A stretch of DNA of 64,000 bases from Candidatus Amesbacteria bacterium (GTDB lineage: Bacteria; Patescibacteriota; Microgenomatia; CAZETR01; Amesbacteraceae). Below are positions 10,670 to 20,868 of this stretch, piece after piece. The notes below the pieces were generated by a model that saw only the letters and a program-made list of their open reading frames with translations, made no database searches and was not told the DNA's origin. The stretch is from NCBI GenBank assembly GCA_963736875.1, contig CAVTQH010000002.1, positions 133,294 through 197,293 of the forward strand, written 5' to 3'. The translations under genes were made by a program, and so were the position numbers. Each line of letters opens with the position of its first letter. The first letter of the stretch is position 1.

Positions 10670-11074
10670 TTATTTTGTTACCAATTTAACTCTGAATGGA
10701 ATCTTTGCCCCGCCATTTTTGAATGCTTCTCCGGCAAGCTCCGGGGACACACCGGCAATTTCAAATAAGATTCTCCCGGGTCTGATTACTGCCACATACT
10801 GGAAAATATCTCCCTTTCCCGAACCCATACGTGTCCCCAGCGCCTTTTTTGTAACCGGTTTATCCGGGAAAACTCTAATCCAGACCTTTCCTCCCCTTCG
10901 GGTATACTTGACTATTGCTTTTCTGGCTGCTTCAATTTGTCTGGATGATAACCATCCTCTTTCCATCGCTTTCATTCCATACTCTCCAAACGCCACCTCA
11001 ACACCGCGTCCGGCATTACCCGGCATTTTTCCTCTGAATTGTTTTCGATATTTTTGTTTTTTTGGTTGTAGCAT
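10670..11074 (-). CDS. rplP: 50S ribosomal protein L16
   Basis: MLQPKK.KYRK, RQIEAAR, RMGSGKG. Confidence 0.97.
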   Translation of the reverse strand: MLQPKKQKYRKQFRGKMPGNAGRGVEVAFGEYGMKAMERGWLSSRQIEAARKAIVKYTRRGGKVWIRVFPDKPVTKKALGTRMGSGKGDIFQYVAVIRPGRILFEIAGVSPELAGEAFKNGGAKIPFRVKLVTK

Positions 11075-11083
11075 TTTTTCTCC

Positions 11084-11743
11084 TTAGACAGTTTTTTCAC
11101 CTCTGTGAATCCACACTTTCACTCCTACATAACCGGATCGGGTCAAAGCTGGTACCTGATCATAATCCACGTCCGCCCTAAGAGTCTGTAAAGGCACGGA
11201 ACCCATTTGGTAAAGTTCTTTGCGGGAAATTTCCGCTCCTCCGACCCTTCCGGCTAAAAGGACTTTTATTCCCAAAGCTCTGGCTTGCATGGTTCGTTCC
11301 ATGGTTTTTTTTACCACTCTTCTTGCCGGCATCCTTCTGATTAACTGATCAGCAATCTTGGTGGCCACTAAATAAGCATTTAAATCCGGCTCTTTAATTT
11401 CTTCCACCTGGAGATCAATTTTTGGGGCCTTTTTATCTTCCTTGTACCCCAGAACCTCGTAAATATATTTTTTCAAATCCTCCAGTCCCGACCCCCCCCG
11501 TCCGATTACCACTCCCGGTCGGGTAACAAAAATCACAATTCTCAGACTTTTCAGCGATCTTTCGATTTCAACCCTGGCCACCGATGCCAGAGCCAGTTTT
11601 TTCATCAATGCCTTTCTTAATGCATGATCTGACATCAGATATTCCTGATACCGTTTGGGATTGGTCGTAAACCACCTGGATTTCCAAGTTTCTGATGGTG
11701 TGAGCGGTAAACGATAGGCGACCGGATTAACTTTTTGTCCCAT
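11084..11743 (-). CDS. rpsC: 30S ribosomal protein S3 (in frame with upstream L22 in this sequence)
   Basis: MGQKVNP, RPGVVIGRGG, VPLQTLRADVDY; its own AAGGAGG at 11752-11758. Confidence 0.95.
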   Translation of the reverse strand: MGQKVNPVAYRLPLTPSETWKSRWFTTNPKRYQEYLMSDHALRKALMKKLALASVARVEIERSLKSLRIVIFVTRPGVVIGRGGSGLEDLKKYIYEVLGYKEDKKAPKIDLQVEEIKEPDLNAYLVATKIADQLIRRMPARRVVKKTMERTMQARALGIKVLLAGRVGGAEISRKELYQMGSVPLQTLRADVDYDQVPALTRSGYVGVKVWIHRGEKTV

Positions 11744-12106
11744 GGATTTTTCCTCCTTGGTGACTAAAACTAATTTAATATGCGACATTCTTTTTCGTTT
11801 CATTCCTCTGTCAAATCTGGCTCCGTGTGATTTATCAAGTCTTTTTGGCCCTCTCGGACCTTCCTGAATTTGCAGTGAAGAAACGATCAATTCTCCCGGT
11901 GAAGCCTGAAAATTATTTTTTGCATTAGCTACACCCTGCAAAAATACCGGCAAAATTGATTTTGCCGCCCTTTTTGGCAGTACTTTTAGATACTCTATTG
12001 CTTTCCCGGGATCCATTCCTCTGATAGCATTTGCCACCAGCCTAAGTTTTCTCGGACTCATTCTCACAAAGCTCGCTCCGGCAATGATTTCTTTTGTCTT
12101 TTCCAT
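11744..12106 (-). CDS. rplV: 50S ribosomal protein L22 (no stop before rpsC)
   Basis: RMSPRKLRLVANAIRG, VANAKNN, EGP, SHI. Confidence 0.92.
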
Positions 12107-12107
12107 A

Positions 12108-12392
12108 TTAGGTTTTCTCCATGGTTCTTTTAACTATTGCTCCGTGCCCTCTGAATGTTCTGGTGGGAGCGAATTCTCCCAAACGATGACCAACCATCGA
12201 TTCTGAAACAAACACTTCAATAAATTTATTCCCCGCGTGTACCGAGAATGTATATCCCACAAAATCCGGCGGGATTTGACTATGTCTGGCCCAGGTCTTG
12301 ATCGGCTCCTTTTTCCCGGCAGCCTTCATCTTCCCGACTTTTATTGTCAGTTTATTATCGATATAGGGGCCTTTTTTGAATGATCTGGACAC
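12108..12392 (-). CDS. rpsS: 30S ribosomal protein S19
   Basis: [22 protein letters not shown]. Confidence 0.97.
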   Translation of the reverse strand: MSRSFKKGPYIDNKLTIKVGKMKAAGKKEPIKTWARHSQIPPDFVGYTFSVHAGNKFIEVFVSESMVGHRLGEFAPTRTFRGHGAIVKRTMEKT

Positions 12393-13219
12393 TATTTTTT
12401 CCTTCTTTGAACAATTAAATTACTGGAATATTTAAATTTTTTCCTGGTTCTTTTTCCTCTTGCCGGCTTTCCCCACGGTGTTTTGGGATTCATCCCTTCA
12501 CCGCTTCGTCCTTCTCCGCCGCCATGAGGATGAGAACGGGGATTTTGAGCCGTACCCCGGACGGTAGGTCTGATACCCATATGTCTTTTACGGCCGGCCT
12601 TCCCAAAGTTTATATTTTTCCATTCGGAATTTCCCAATTGGCCGATAGTTGCCCGGCAACTGGGTTTAAACCTGCGGATTTCTCCGGAGGGTAATTTTAC
12701 CAGAGCATACACATCTTCGAAACCCATAATTGTGGCTGCCGTACCTGCTCCCCGTACCATTTGCGCACCCTTTCCGGGGGACAGTTCCAGGTTATGGATC
12801 ATGGTCCCGACCGGAATATTTGCCAAAGGTAAACAATTTCCAACTCCCAGGGGCGCAGCTTCACCATTCATTATCTGTTGGCCCACCTGTAATCCTTCCG
12901 GGGCCAGGATATATTTTCTTTCTCCGTCTGCGTACTTCAATAAAGCCAGATTTGCTGTCCGGTTTGGATCGTATTCCAGGGAAATCACCCAGGCAACCAT
13001 TCCGTCCTTGCTTCTTTTCCAATCAATTTCCCGTAGAAACCTTTTTTCCCTTCCGCCTTGGTGTCTCACGGTAACTTGGCCCTGGGCATTTCTCCCGGAT
13101 TTCTTTGATAATATGGAAACCAAAGTCCTTTCCGGCCGCTTTTTGGTTAAACCGGAGTAAACAAGACCGGAGGAAAATCTCATTCCCGGTGTCACTGGTT
13201 TATACAACTTTAAAGCCAT
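12392..13219 (-). CDS. rplB: 50S ribosomal protein L2
   Basis: [26 protein letters not shown]. Confidence 0.98.
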   Translation of the reverse strand: MALKLYKPVTPGMRFSSGLVYSGLTKKRPERTLVSILSKKSGRNAQGQVTVRHQGGREKRFLREIDWKRSKDGMVAWVISLEYDPNRTANLALLKYADGERKYILAPEGLQVGQQIMNGEAAPLGVGNCLPLANIPVGTMIHNLELSPGKGAQMVRGAGTAATIMGFEDVYALVKLPSGEIRRFKPSCRATIGQLGNSEWKNINFGKAGRKRHMGIRPTVRGTAQNPRSHPHGGGEGRSGEGMNPKTPWGKPARGKRTRKKFKYSSNLIVQRRKK

Positions 13220-13223
13220 ATAT

Positions 13224-13511
13224 TTACTTGGTTTCGGTTACTTCAAATAAATCAATTTGCTTGTCAGGTTTAATTGTTACCACGGCTTTTTTCCAGTCGG
13301 ATTTTTTTTTGGTCAGCCACTTTTTCCCGGTACGGTATTCTTTACCATGAATAATGGCGGTTTGCACTTTTATGACCTGGACGCCAAAGGTCTTTTCCAC
13401 AGCTCTCTTAATTTTCGGTTTAGTTGCAGCCAACCCCACCTTAAACGTATACCGTTTCTTGGCGGCCTCTGCCAAAGCCTTTTCGGTGATCAAAGGTTTA
13501 ATTAACAGCAT
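13224..13511 (-). CDS. rplW: 50S ribosomal protein L23
   Basis: PLITEK, YTFKV, WKKAVVT. Confidence 0.96.
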   Translation of the reverse strand: MLLIKPLITEKALAEAAKKRYTFKVGLAATKPKIKRAVEKTFGVQVIKVQTAIIHGKEYRTGKKWLTKKKSDWKKAVVTIKPDKQIDLFEVTETK

Positions 13512-14130
13512 ATAATTTTACTATCTCTTTCAGAGACTCCGGGGTAATAATTAATTTCTGACAGGCAACAATGGCATAAGTATTTAGTTGATTGGGTCTG
13601 ATTACGGTTACTCCGACAATATTCTTAAATGCTCTGCCGGCAGTTATTTCTTTTTCTCCGATAACCAGCAAATATCGTCCCCGATTTTTCTCGTTTTTAA
13701 AAAGTTTTTCAGCCTTTTTTGTTTTTTCGGACACCTTATCAATGTCTGATATTACCGTAATATTTTGTTCTCTTGCTTTATCTGATAATGCTCCTAATAA
13801 GGACTTTCTTAAAAGTTTCTTTGATAAATGCAGCTTGTAATTCTGTTCCCCGGTCGGACCAAAAGCTATCCCGCCTCCCACAAAAATTGGTGCGGAATAA
13901 GACCCGTGTCTTGCCCTGCCGGTACCCTTCTGTCGGTACATTTTAGCTGTAGTCCTGGACATCTCTCCCCGGGTTTTGGTTTTGGCATTTGCTTTTCTTT
14001 GATTTGATAAAAATACTCTCACCGCTTGAGCCAGAAGTCCGGGACCGGCATTCGTTCCGAATATTCCTTCGGGTAGTTTAACTTTTTCTCCGGCCTCACC
14101 CTTGATATTTATCGAATTTACAGAAGTCAT
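13498..14130 (-). CDS. rplD: 50S ribosomal protein L4
   Basis: RQKGTGRARHGS, GGGIAFGP. Confidence 0.97.
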   Translation of the reverse strand: MTSVNSINIKGEAGEKVKLPEGIFGTNAGPGLLAQAVRVFLSNQRKANAKTKTRGEMSRTTAKMYRQKGTGRARHGSYSAPIFVGGGIAFGPTGEQNYKLHLSKKLLRKSLLGALSDKAREQNITVISDIDKVSEKTKKAEKLFKNEKNRGRYLLVIGEKEITAGRAFKNIVGVTVIRPNQLNTYAIVACQKLIITPESLKEIVKLYAVN

Positions 14131-14711
14131 GATTGTTTGGTAATTGTTACTAATCCCGCCTTATTCCTGCCTGCACCCGGCACTGCTCCGGTCACCATTA
14201 ATGTCCGATTTTGGGGATTTACCTCCAGGATCTTCAATCCGCCGGTACTTATTCTTGAGTTTCCCATATGCCCGGCTCTTCTGGTTCCCCTGAGAACTCT
14301 TCCCGGAGTCGTGGTTGAGCCGCTTGACCCGGGGGCCCTTTCCCGATTTGACTGGCCATGCGTCCTCGGCCCGCCTTTGAAATGATGTCTTTTCACTACT
14401 CCTGCAAATCCCTTACCCTTGCTTATGCCGGTTACCTTGACTTTATCTCCGACCTTTACAATATCATCAAATTTAATCTCCGTCCCGGGCTCATATATCT
14501 CTTCAGTCCTGACTTCTTTCAGTTTACTTTTCCCCTTAACTTTTTGACTTTTTACCTCAAATCTGACAGCCTGATATCCGTGTTTTTCCTTGGTTCTTAC
14601 ATCCTTGACAAACATTTGGGGAACTTCCAAAACAGTAGCTCCGATATAGTCACCCTCCGGAGTATATTTACCGGTCATTTTGACTTTTTTAGCAAAAAAA
14701 GTAGTAATCAT
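14127..14711 (-). CDS. rplC: 50S ribosomal protein L3
   Basis: SKGKGFAGVVKRH, GPRTHG, RAPGS, GHMG; ATG at 14711 chosen over the upstream TTG. Confidence 0.96.
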   Translation of the reverse strand: MITTFFAKKVKMTGKYTPEGDYIGATVLEVPQMFVKDVRTKEKHGYQAVRFEVKSQKVKGKSKLKEVRTEEIYEPGTEIKFDDIVKVGDKVKVTGISKGKGFAGVVKRHHFKGGPRTHGQSNRERAPGSSGSTTTPGRVLRGTRRAGHMGNSRISTGGLKILEVNPQNRTLMVTGAVPGAGRNKAGLVTITKQS

Positions 14712-14724
14712 TGTTTTACCCAAC

Positions 14725-14749
14725 AAAAAAAGTGCCGCCAGGCACTTTT
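14725..14749 (-). terminator. Terminator-like hairpin with U-tract just upstream of rplC
   Basis: Minus strand AAAAGTGCC-TGGC-GGCAC-TTTTTTT. Confidence 0.65.
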
Positions 14750-14825
14750 ATAAGTAGCTAGCCTGTCGATCTTTAACTATGAGCAATAATTCAGGCAATT
14801 TCTTCTGCTCACAGGAGTGATTCTA

Positions 14826-15134
14826 TCACATTTTCACTTCAATATCCACGCCGGCAGGGAGATCTAAATGAGACAGGGCATCAACGGTTTTTGAAGTTGG
14901 GTCTACGATATCAATCAGCCGTTTGTGTACCAGCATTTCATAGTGGTCCCGGGCATTTTTATCCACATGAGGAGAAGTGGTGACTGCAATAAGTTTTCTG
15001 TCGGTAGGTAAGGGGACAGGGCCCACAATCTTAGCCCCGGTTGAAAATGCCGCTTCCAGTATTTTTGCCGCCGCTTCATCCAAGACCCGGTGGTCAAATG
15101 ATTTTAGTCTTACTCTTAGTCGCCCCTTAGCCAT
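14826..15134 (-). CDS. rpsJ: 30S ribosomal protein S10
   Basis: [25 protein letters not shown]. Confidence 0.97.
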   Translation of the reverse strand: MAKGRLRVRLKSFDHRVLDEAAAKILEAAFSTGAKIVGPVPLPTDRKLIAVTTSPHVDKNARDHYEMLVHKRLIDIVDPTSKTVDALSHLDLPAGVDIEVKM

Positions 15135-15145
15135 ATAAATGTGCT

Positions 15146-15174
15146 AAAAAACCCAGTGTATATAAAACACCGGG
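15146..15174 (-). terminator. Intrinsic terminator after tuf
   Basis: Minus strand CCCGGTGT-TTTATAT-ACACTGGG-TTTTTT. Confidence 0.7.
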
Positions 15175-15191
15175 CATTGTGCATAAAGCAC

Positions 15192-16370
15192 TTAACTAAC
15201 AATTTTTGTTACTGCTCCGGCACCGACAGTTTTTCCGCCTTCGCGGATGGCAAACCGCAAACCTTGCTCCAAAGCCACGGGAGCAATCAATTTGATTTTC
15301 ATTTTGGCACTGTCCCCCGGCATTACCATTTCAACTCCGGAAGGCAACGTCACTTCTCCGGTTACATCAGTCGTCCCAATGTAGAACTGGGGCCGGTATC
15401 CGGAAAAGAAAGCAGTGTGCCGTCCGCCCTCTTCCTTTTTAAGAATATAAACTTCGGCGTCAAACTCTGTGTGAGGGGTAATAGATCCCGGTTTGGCGAT
15501 CACCTGGCCTCTTTCAACTTTCTCTTTTTCAATTCCCCTCAATAGCAACCCCACATTGTCTCCGGCTTGACCCTCATCCAGCTGTTTTCTAAACATCTCT
15601 ACTCCGGTAATCACAGTGGTCTGTGTAGGCTTCAGTCCCACAATTTCCACAGTCTCATTTACTTTTACCCGGCCTCTTTCGATTCTTCCGGTCACAACAG
15701 TGCCTCTTCCCTTAATGGAAAAGACGTCCTCAACCGGCATTTTAAACGGCTTATCCAGTTCCCTGACGGGAGTTGGAACAAACTCATCAACTTTCTTCAT
15801 CAGCTCCACGATTGCCTCTTCTGACTTGGGATCACCCTCGGTAGCTTTCAGAGCGGAACCTCTGATAATCGGTACTTTATCCCCGGGATAACCGTATTTT
15901 GTTAAAAGCTCCCTGACTTCCATTTCCACCAGATCCAAAAGTTGCGGATCATCTACCATGTCCGTTTTGTTCATAAACACCACAATTGCCGGGACATTAA
16001 CCTGATTTGCCAGCAGAATGTGTTCCCGTGTCTGGGGCATGGGTCCATCCGGTGCGGATACCACAAGAATTGCCCCGTCCATCTGAGCCGCTCCGGTAAT
16101 CATATTCTTAATGTAGTCAGCGTGTCCCGGAGCATCAATATGAGCATAATGTCTTTTTTCCGTCTCGTATTCCTGATGAGATAAATTAATGGTCACTCCG
16201 CGGGCTCTTTCCTCAGGAGCTGAATCAATATCCTCGTACTTTTTGGCCACAGCCATACCCTTTTTGGCCAACACCATAGTGATAGCTGAAGTCAATGTGG
16301 TCTTACCATGGTCAACGTGACCGATGGTTCCGATATTGACGTGTGGTTTTGATCTGATAAATGTTGCCAT
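15192..16370 (-). CDS. tuf: Elongation factor Tu
   Basis: [31 protein letters not shown]. Confidence 0.99.
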   Translation of the reverse strand: MATFIRSKPHVNIGTIGHVDHGKTTLTSAITMVLAKKGMAVAKKYEDIDSAPEERARGVTINLSHQEYETEKRHYAHIDAPGHADYIKNMITGAAQMDGAILVVSAPDGPMPQTREHILLANQVNVPAIVVFMNKTDMVDDPQLLDLVEMEVRELLTKYGYPGDKVPIIRGSALKATEGDPKSEEAIVELMKKVDEFVPTPVRELDKPFKMPVEDVFSIKGRGTVVTGRIERGRVKVNETVEIVGLKPTQTTVITGVEMFRKQLDEGQAGDNVGLLLRGIEKEKVERGQVIAKPGSITPHTEFDAEVYILKKEEGGRHTAFFSGYRPQFYIGTTDVTGEVTLPSGVEMVMPGDSAKMKIKLIAPVALEQGLRFAIREGGKTVGAGAVTKIVS

Positions 16371-16467
16371 ATTTTTGCGAAAAAAATCAGTCCTTCCGAA
16401 CTTGCATTGATTTTAATTGGCTGCTTTTCTTAATGCAAGGGGGAAATTAATCATTAAAACAACTTGA

Positions 16468-18618
16468 TTAATTTGACCGGTGTGCCTCGGCTTTGCCTGA
16501 TTTGGCAATAATTCCTTCGGCAATATTTTTCGGAACTTCGTCGTAGTGCGACGGTTCCATATAATAAGAAGCTCTTCCCTGGGTTAAAGATCTGAGTTTG
16601 GTGGCATACCCGGACAATTCAGCCAGTGGCACAAAAGCATTTACTATGGTCAAATGTCCCCGTTTACTGGTTCCCGAAATTTGAGCTCTCTTGGATGACA
16701 AATCTCCGATCACATCCCCCATAAAATCATCCGGAGTTGACACTTCCACTTTCATTATCGGTTCCAAAAGCGTCAGATCAGCCTGTTTGGAGGCCGATTG
16801 CAGCGCCATAGAGCCGGCAATTTTAAAAGCCATTTCCGAAGAATCCACGTCATGATATGTACCGTCATACAAAGTTACCCTGATATCTACCAACGGAAAT
16901 CCTGCCAGTACCCCGTTTTCCATCGCCTCTCGGACTCCCTTTTCAATCGCCGGGATAAACTCACCCGGAATTGCTCCGCCCTTAATTGCATTTACCCATT
17001 CATAACCGGTACCCCGGGGTAGCGGTTCCACTTTCAGGAAACAATGCCCGTACTGACCCCGGCCTCCGGATTGTCTGATATATTTTCCTTCCCCTTCGGC
17101 CGGTCTTTTTATTGTTTCTTTATAAGCGACCTGCGGAGCGCCGGTATTGGCTTCAACGTTAAATTCCCGCTTCATCCTGTCCACAATTATTTCCAGATGC
17201 AGCTCTCCCATTCCGGAAATTATGGTTTGTCCGGTTTCATGATTGGATTTGATCTGAAAAGTCGGATCTTCATCTGACAATTTATTTAAAGCATAGCCCA
17301 TTTTTTCCTGATCGGATTTGGTTTTTGGTTCAATCGCCAGTGAAATCACCGGTTCCGGAAAAGTAATTGACTCCAGAAGTATGGGATGGCTCCGGTCACA
17401 CAAAGTGTTACCTGTAGATGCCTCTTTCATGCCCACCAAAGCCACAATTTCCCCGGCATAGGCCTGATCGATTTCCTCTCGTTTATTAGCATGCATCAAA
17501 AGCATCCGGGAAATTCTTTCTTCCTTATCTTTGGAGGCGTTATATATTCCCTGGCCGGATTTAAGAGTTCCCGAATAAATCCTCAGATAAGTCAGCCGGC
17601 CGACGTGGGGATCAGTCTGAATCTTAAAAGATAATCCCGCAAACGGTTCTTCATTAACGGTTTTTCTGATTACCTCTTCACCTGTCCTGGGATTACTTCC
17701 TTTTACCTGATTAATATCAACCGGACTGGGCAAATACTCCACAACAGCGTCGAGCATTGGCTGAACTCCCTTGTTTCGCAGGGACGCACCGGCATATATC
17801 GGCACCAGTTTATAGGCAATCACCGCTTTTCTCAGCGCTGCCTTCAGTTCTTTTATTGTCGGCTCCTCACCTCCCAAAAATTTTTCCAGCAAAACATCAT
17901 CAGTTTCACATATTTGTTCGATCAGCTTACTTCGCCATTTTTCACAAACGGCCTTCATGTCTGCCGGGATTTCTTCTTCCGTAAACTTTGCTCCGGTTTC
18001 GTCCCCTTGCCAAATCAGTGCCTTTTTTTCCAAAAGCAATACTACTCCTTTAAAAGATTGCTCCGCTCCGATCGGATAAGCCATGACTGCCGGATTGGCG
18101 CCCAATCTTTCAATGATGGCTTTAATAGTGCCTTCAAAATTAGCCCCCAGCTTATCATTTTTATTTACAAAAATAATCCGGGGTACCTTGTATTTATCTG
18201 CCTGTCGCCAGACGGTCTCTGTTTGCGATTGGACTGTTTCTTCGGCATCCAGTACCGTGACTGCTCCGTCAAGAACCCTTAAAGATCTTTCAACTTCGGC
18301 GGTAAAATCCACATGACCCGGGGTATCAATAATGTTGATGCGGAAAGAATCATTCCCCACAGGTGAATTGGGATCATTTACTGTCCAAAATGTGGTTGTT
18401 GCGGCTGATACTATGGTAATTCCTCTTTCTCTTTCCTGAGCCATCCAGTCCATTTGGGTCGTCCCCTCATCAATATCCCCGATTTTGTAGGATTTACCGG
18501 TATAATACAAAATCCGCTCGGTAGTAGTGGTTTTTCCGGCATCAATATGCGCGATAATCCCGATATTTCTCACTCTGTCGAGAGGTACGGTTCTGTTGGT
18601 GGTTTTGATATCAGGCAT
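16468..18618 (-). CDS. fusA: Elongation factor G
   Basis: [33 protein letters not shown]; start placed at the ATG of MPDIK. Confidence 0.98.
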   Translation of the reverse strand: MPDIKTTNRTVPLDRVRNIGIIAHIDAGKTTTTERILYYTGKSYKIGDIDEGTTQMDWMAQERERGITIVSAATTTFWTVNDPNSPVGNDSFRINIIDTPGHVDFTAEVERSLRVLDGAVTVLDAEETVQSQTETVWRQADKYKVPRIIFVNKNDKLGANFEGTIKAIIERLGANPAVMAYPIGAEQSFKGVVLLLEKKALIWQGDETGAKFTEEEIPADMKAVCEKWRSKLIEQICETDDVLLEKFLGGEEPTIKELKAALRKAVIAYKLVPIYAGASLRNKGVQPMLDAVVEYLPSPVDINQVKGSNPRTGEEVIRKTVNEEPFAGLSFKIQTDPHVGRLTYLRIYSGTLKSGQGIYNASKDKEERISRMLLMHANKREEIDQAYAGEIVALVGMKEASTGNTLCDRSHPILLESITFPEPVISLAIEPKTKSDQEKMGYALNKLSDEDPTFQIKSNHETGQTIISGMGELHLEIIVDRMKREFNVEANTGAPQVAYKETIKRPAEGEGKYIRQSGGRGQYGHCFLKVEPLPRGTGYEWVNAIKGGAIPGEFIPAIEKGVREAMENGVLAGFPLVDIRVTLYDGTYHDVDSSEMAFKIAGSMALQSASKQADLTLLEPIMKVEVSTPDDFMGDVIGDLSSKRAQISGTSKRGHLTIVNAFVPLAELSGYATKLRSLTQGRASYYMEPSHYDEVPKNIAEGIIAKSGKAEAHRSN

Positions 18619-18739
18619 AAAAAACGAAACAAAAAATATCCCCTTTCGGGTATCCCCGATTCTACCAAACTTATATCTCACTCACAATCCTTAAACACTC
18701 TGGTCTTCTTAGCACTCAAGTTGTACAATTGCTACTAAT

Positions 18740-19621
18740 ATGGCGACAAAACGCGATTATTACGATGTTTTGGGAGTATCCAAAAACGCTTCAGCGGCCG
18801 AACTCAAAGCCGCATATAGAAAACTGGCTCTGGAATGGCACCCCGACCGCAACAAATCTCCCGAAGCAGAAAGCAAGTTTAAGGAAATAAACGAGGCTTA
18901 TCAGGTTCTTTCGGATTCAAAAAAGAAGGAGACTTACGATCAATTTGGCCATAGTGCATTTGAACCGGGTATGGGCGGAGGGGCGGGTGGTCCGTTCGGC
19001 GGTTTCTCCAGATCGGGTCAGCAGGGTCCGTTTACCTATTATTATTCCACCGGAGGTGGTGGCAACCCCTTCGGGGATACAGGTGGATTTACCGACCCCT
19101 TTGAAATTTTTGAGCAGTTTTTCGGAGGTTCCAATCCCTTCGGCCGGGCCGCGGCCAGAAAACCGCATTATTCCATCAAAATTCCTTTTCTGACGGCCGT
19201 TAAAGGCGGTACGGAAACCGTAAAAATCGACGGCCGGACTCACTCCATCAAAGTGCCGGCCGGAGCCGATACCGGTACCCACCTGCGTTTTTCCGATTTT
19301 GACATCACCTTTGAAGTTGAACCCCATCCTCATTTCAAACGGGACGGAGATGATGTTTATGTTGAGAAAGTCATTCCCTTTACCCAGGCAATTTTGGGTG
19401 GTGAAACCACGGTTACCACTTTGGATGGTGAATTAAAACTCAAAATCCGGCCCGGTACCCAGCCCGGAACCACAATTCGCCTGTCCGGAAAAGGTATTAC
19501 CCGTCTCCGTTCATTCAGAAAAGATGATCGGGGAGACCTCTATATTCGTCTGGTTATCCTGCTTCCCGAGCATCTTTCCGGCCGCCAGCGTTCACTTCTG
19601 GAGGAATTCTCCGGATCCTGA
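18740..19621 (+). CDS. DnaJ/CbpA-type co-chaperone (no Zn finger)
   Basis: J-domain with HPD, G/F-rich linker and C-terminal domain; no CxxCxGxG repeats. Confidence 0.92.
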   Translation: MATKRDYYDVLGVSKNASAAELKAAYRKLALEWHPDRNKSPEAESKFKEINEAYQVLSDSKKKETYDQFGHSAFEPGMGGGAGGPFGGFSRSGQQGPFTYYYSTGGGGNPFGDTGGFTDPFEIFEQFFGGSNPFGRAAARKPHYSIKIPFLTAVKGGTETVKIDGRTHSIKVPAGADTGTHLRFSDFDITFEVEPHPHFKRDGDDVYVEKVIPFTQAILGGETTVTTLDGELKLKIRPGTQPGTTIRLSGKGITRLRSFRKDDRGDLYIRLVILLPEHLSGRQRSLLEEFSGS

Positions 19622-19676
19622 TATAATCACACCGGGTTTGTGAATATACTGTGGGAAGAAGCTCCCACTTTTTTTT
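19619..19676 (+). promoter_or_regulatory. Extended -10 plus leader hairpin/U8 upstream of nusA
   Basis: TGnTATAAT at 19619-19627; GTGGGA-AGAAGC-TCCCAC-TTTTTTTT at 19651-19676. Confidence 0.65.
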
Positions 19677-19697
19677 GACATAACCCCTAATAAATAT

Positions 19698-20786
19698 ATG
19701 CGTAAAGCACCAGTTGCCAGATCGGAATTCTCCGCCGCCTTAAATCAGGTGGCCCATGAGAGAAACATTGACCCTCAGGTGGTTATTGAGACCATCAAAC
19801 AGGCAATTATTGCCGCTTTCAAAAAAGATTATCCCCAGCACTATCAGGAGTCAAACATCTATGAGGTCGAATTGGACGCGGGTACGGGTGAAGCCCGGAT
19901 TTATGAACTGGAAGGGGAAACTTACCAGGAAGGGGAAGAGACAAAAGTCCGGTTGGTAAAAAACGCTAAACGTGTCGATGTGACTCCCCCCGGTTTTGGC
20001 CGGATTGCCGCCCAGACGGCCAAACAGGTTATTTATCAAAAAATCCGTGAAGCGGAAAAATCGGTTATTGTCACCGAATACGAAAAACGGCTCGGCACTC
20101 TGGTAAGCGGCATGGTTATCCGTTTTGTAGGCAGCGATGTGATAGTGGATATCGGTAAGGCTGAAGCAGTCATGCCGTCCTCGGAGCAGGTTTATACCGA
20201 AAACTACCATCTCAACCAACGGATGACCTTTCTTCTTTTAAACATCCGTGACGGATTAAGGGGTAAGGAAGTGGTTGTTACGAGAGCCGATAACCGGTTC
20301 ATCAAAGAGTTATTCAAAAGGGAAGTTCCGGAAGTCGGCTCCGGCGCCGTAGAAATAAAAGCCATTGCCCGTGATCCCGGCTCGCGCACTAAAATTGCGG
20401 TATATTCCAACCAATCCGGTGTCGATCCGGTAGGTTCATGCGTCGGTCAAAAGGGTGTCAGGGTCCAGGCGGTTATCAGTGAATTAAACGGGGAGAAAAT
20501 TGATATTGTCCAATACAACGAAGAAATTGAAAAATTCATTACCGCGGCTTTAGCCCCGGCCACCGGTATGCAGGTCAAAATAAATCAGAAAAACCAGACG
20601 GCCACGGTTACCGTTCCCGCGGATCAGCTTCCTTTAGCCATTGGTCGTGACGGTCAAAATGCCAAATTAGCAGGAAAACTTACCAATTTCCACATTGATA
20701 TTGCCGGGGAGAAAGATACCTCCGAAAAAAAAGAAGACAAATCAAATTCCGATGACCAAACCACCAACCCCGTCCAACCAGAATGA
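19698..20786 (+). CDS. nusA: Transcription factor NusA
   Basis: FGRIAAQTAKQVI, EVPEV, RDPGSRTKIAV, DPVGSCVG, AIGRDGQN. Confidence 0.97.
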   Translation: MRKAPVARSEFSAALNQVAHERNIDPQVVIETIKQAIIAAFKKDYPQHYQESNIYEVELDAGTGEARIYELEGETYQEGEETKVRLVKNAKRVDVTPPGFGRIAAQTAKQVIYQKIREAEKSVIVTEYEKRLGTLVSGMVIRFVGSDVIVDIGKAEAVMPSSEQVYTENYHLNQRMTFLLLNIRDGLRGKEVVVTRADNRFIKELFKREVPEVGSGAVEIKAIARDPGSRTKIAVYSNQSGVDPVGSCVGQKGVRVQAVISELNGEKIDIVQYNEEIEKFITAALAPATGMQVKINQKNQTATVTVPADQLPLAIGRDGQNAKLAGKLTNFHIDIAGEKDTSEKKEDKSNSDDQTTNPVQPE

Positions 20787-20868
20787 TTTTATGAAAAAAC
20801 TTCTGCTTTGTAAGGAGTAAATGGTTTGATAAACCGGAGTTTGTTTAGATAAATTGATTTTTAAAATT

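Noticed and set aside
20752-20868. Tiny ORF MTKPPTPSNQNDFMKKLLLCKE* and an AAGGAG between nusA and infB, where ylxR often lies
   Set aside because: Too short and without YlxR motifs; not supportable as a gene
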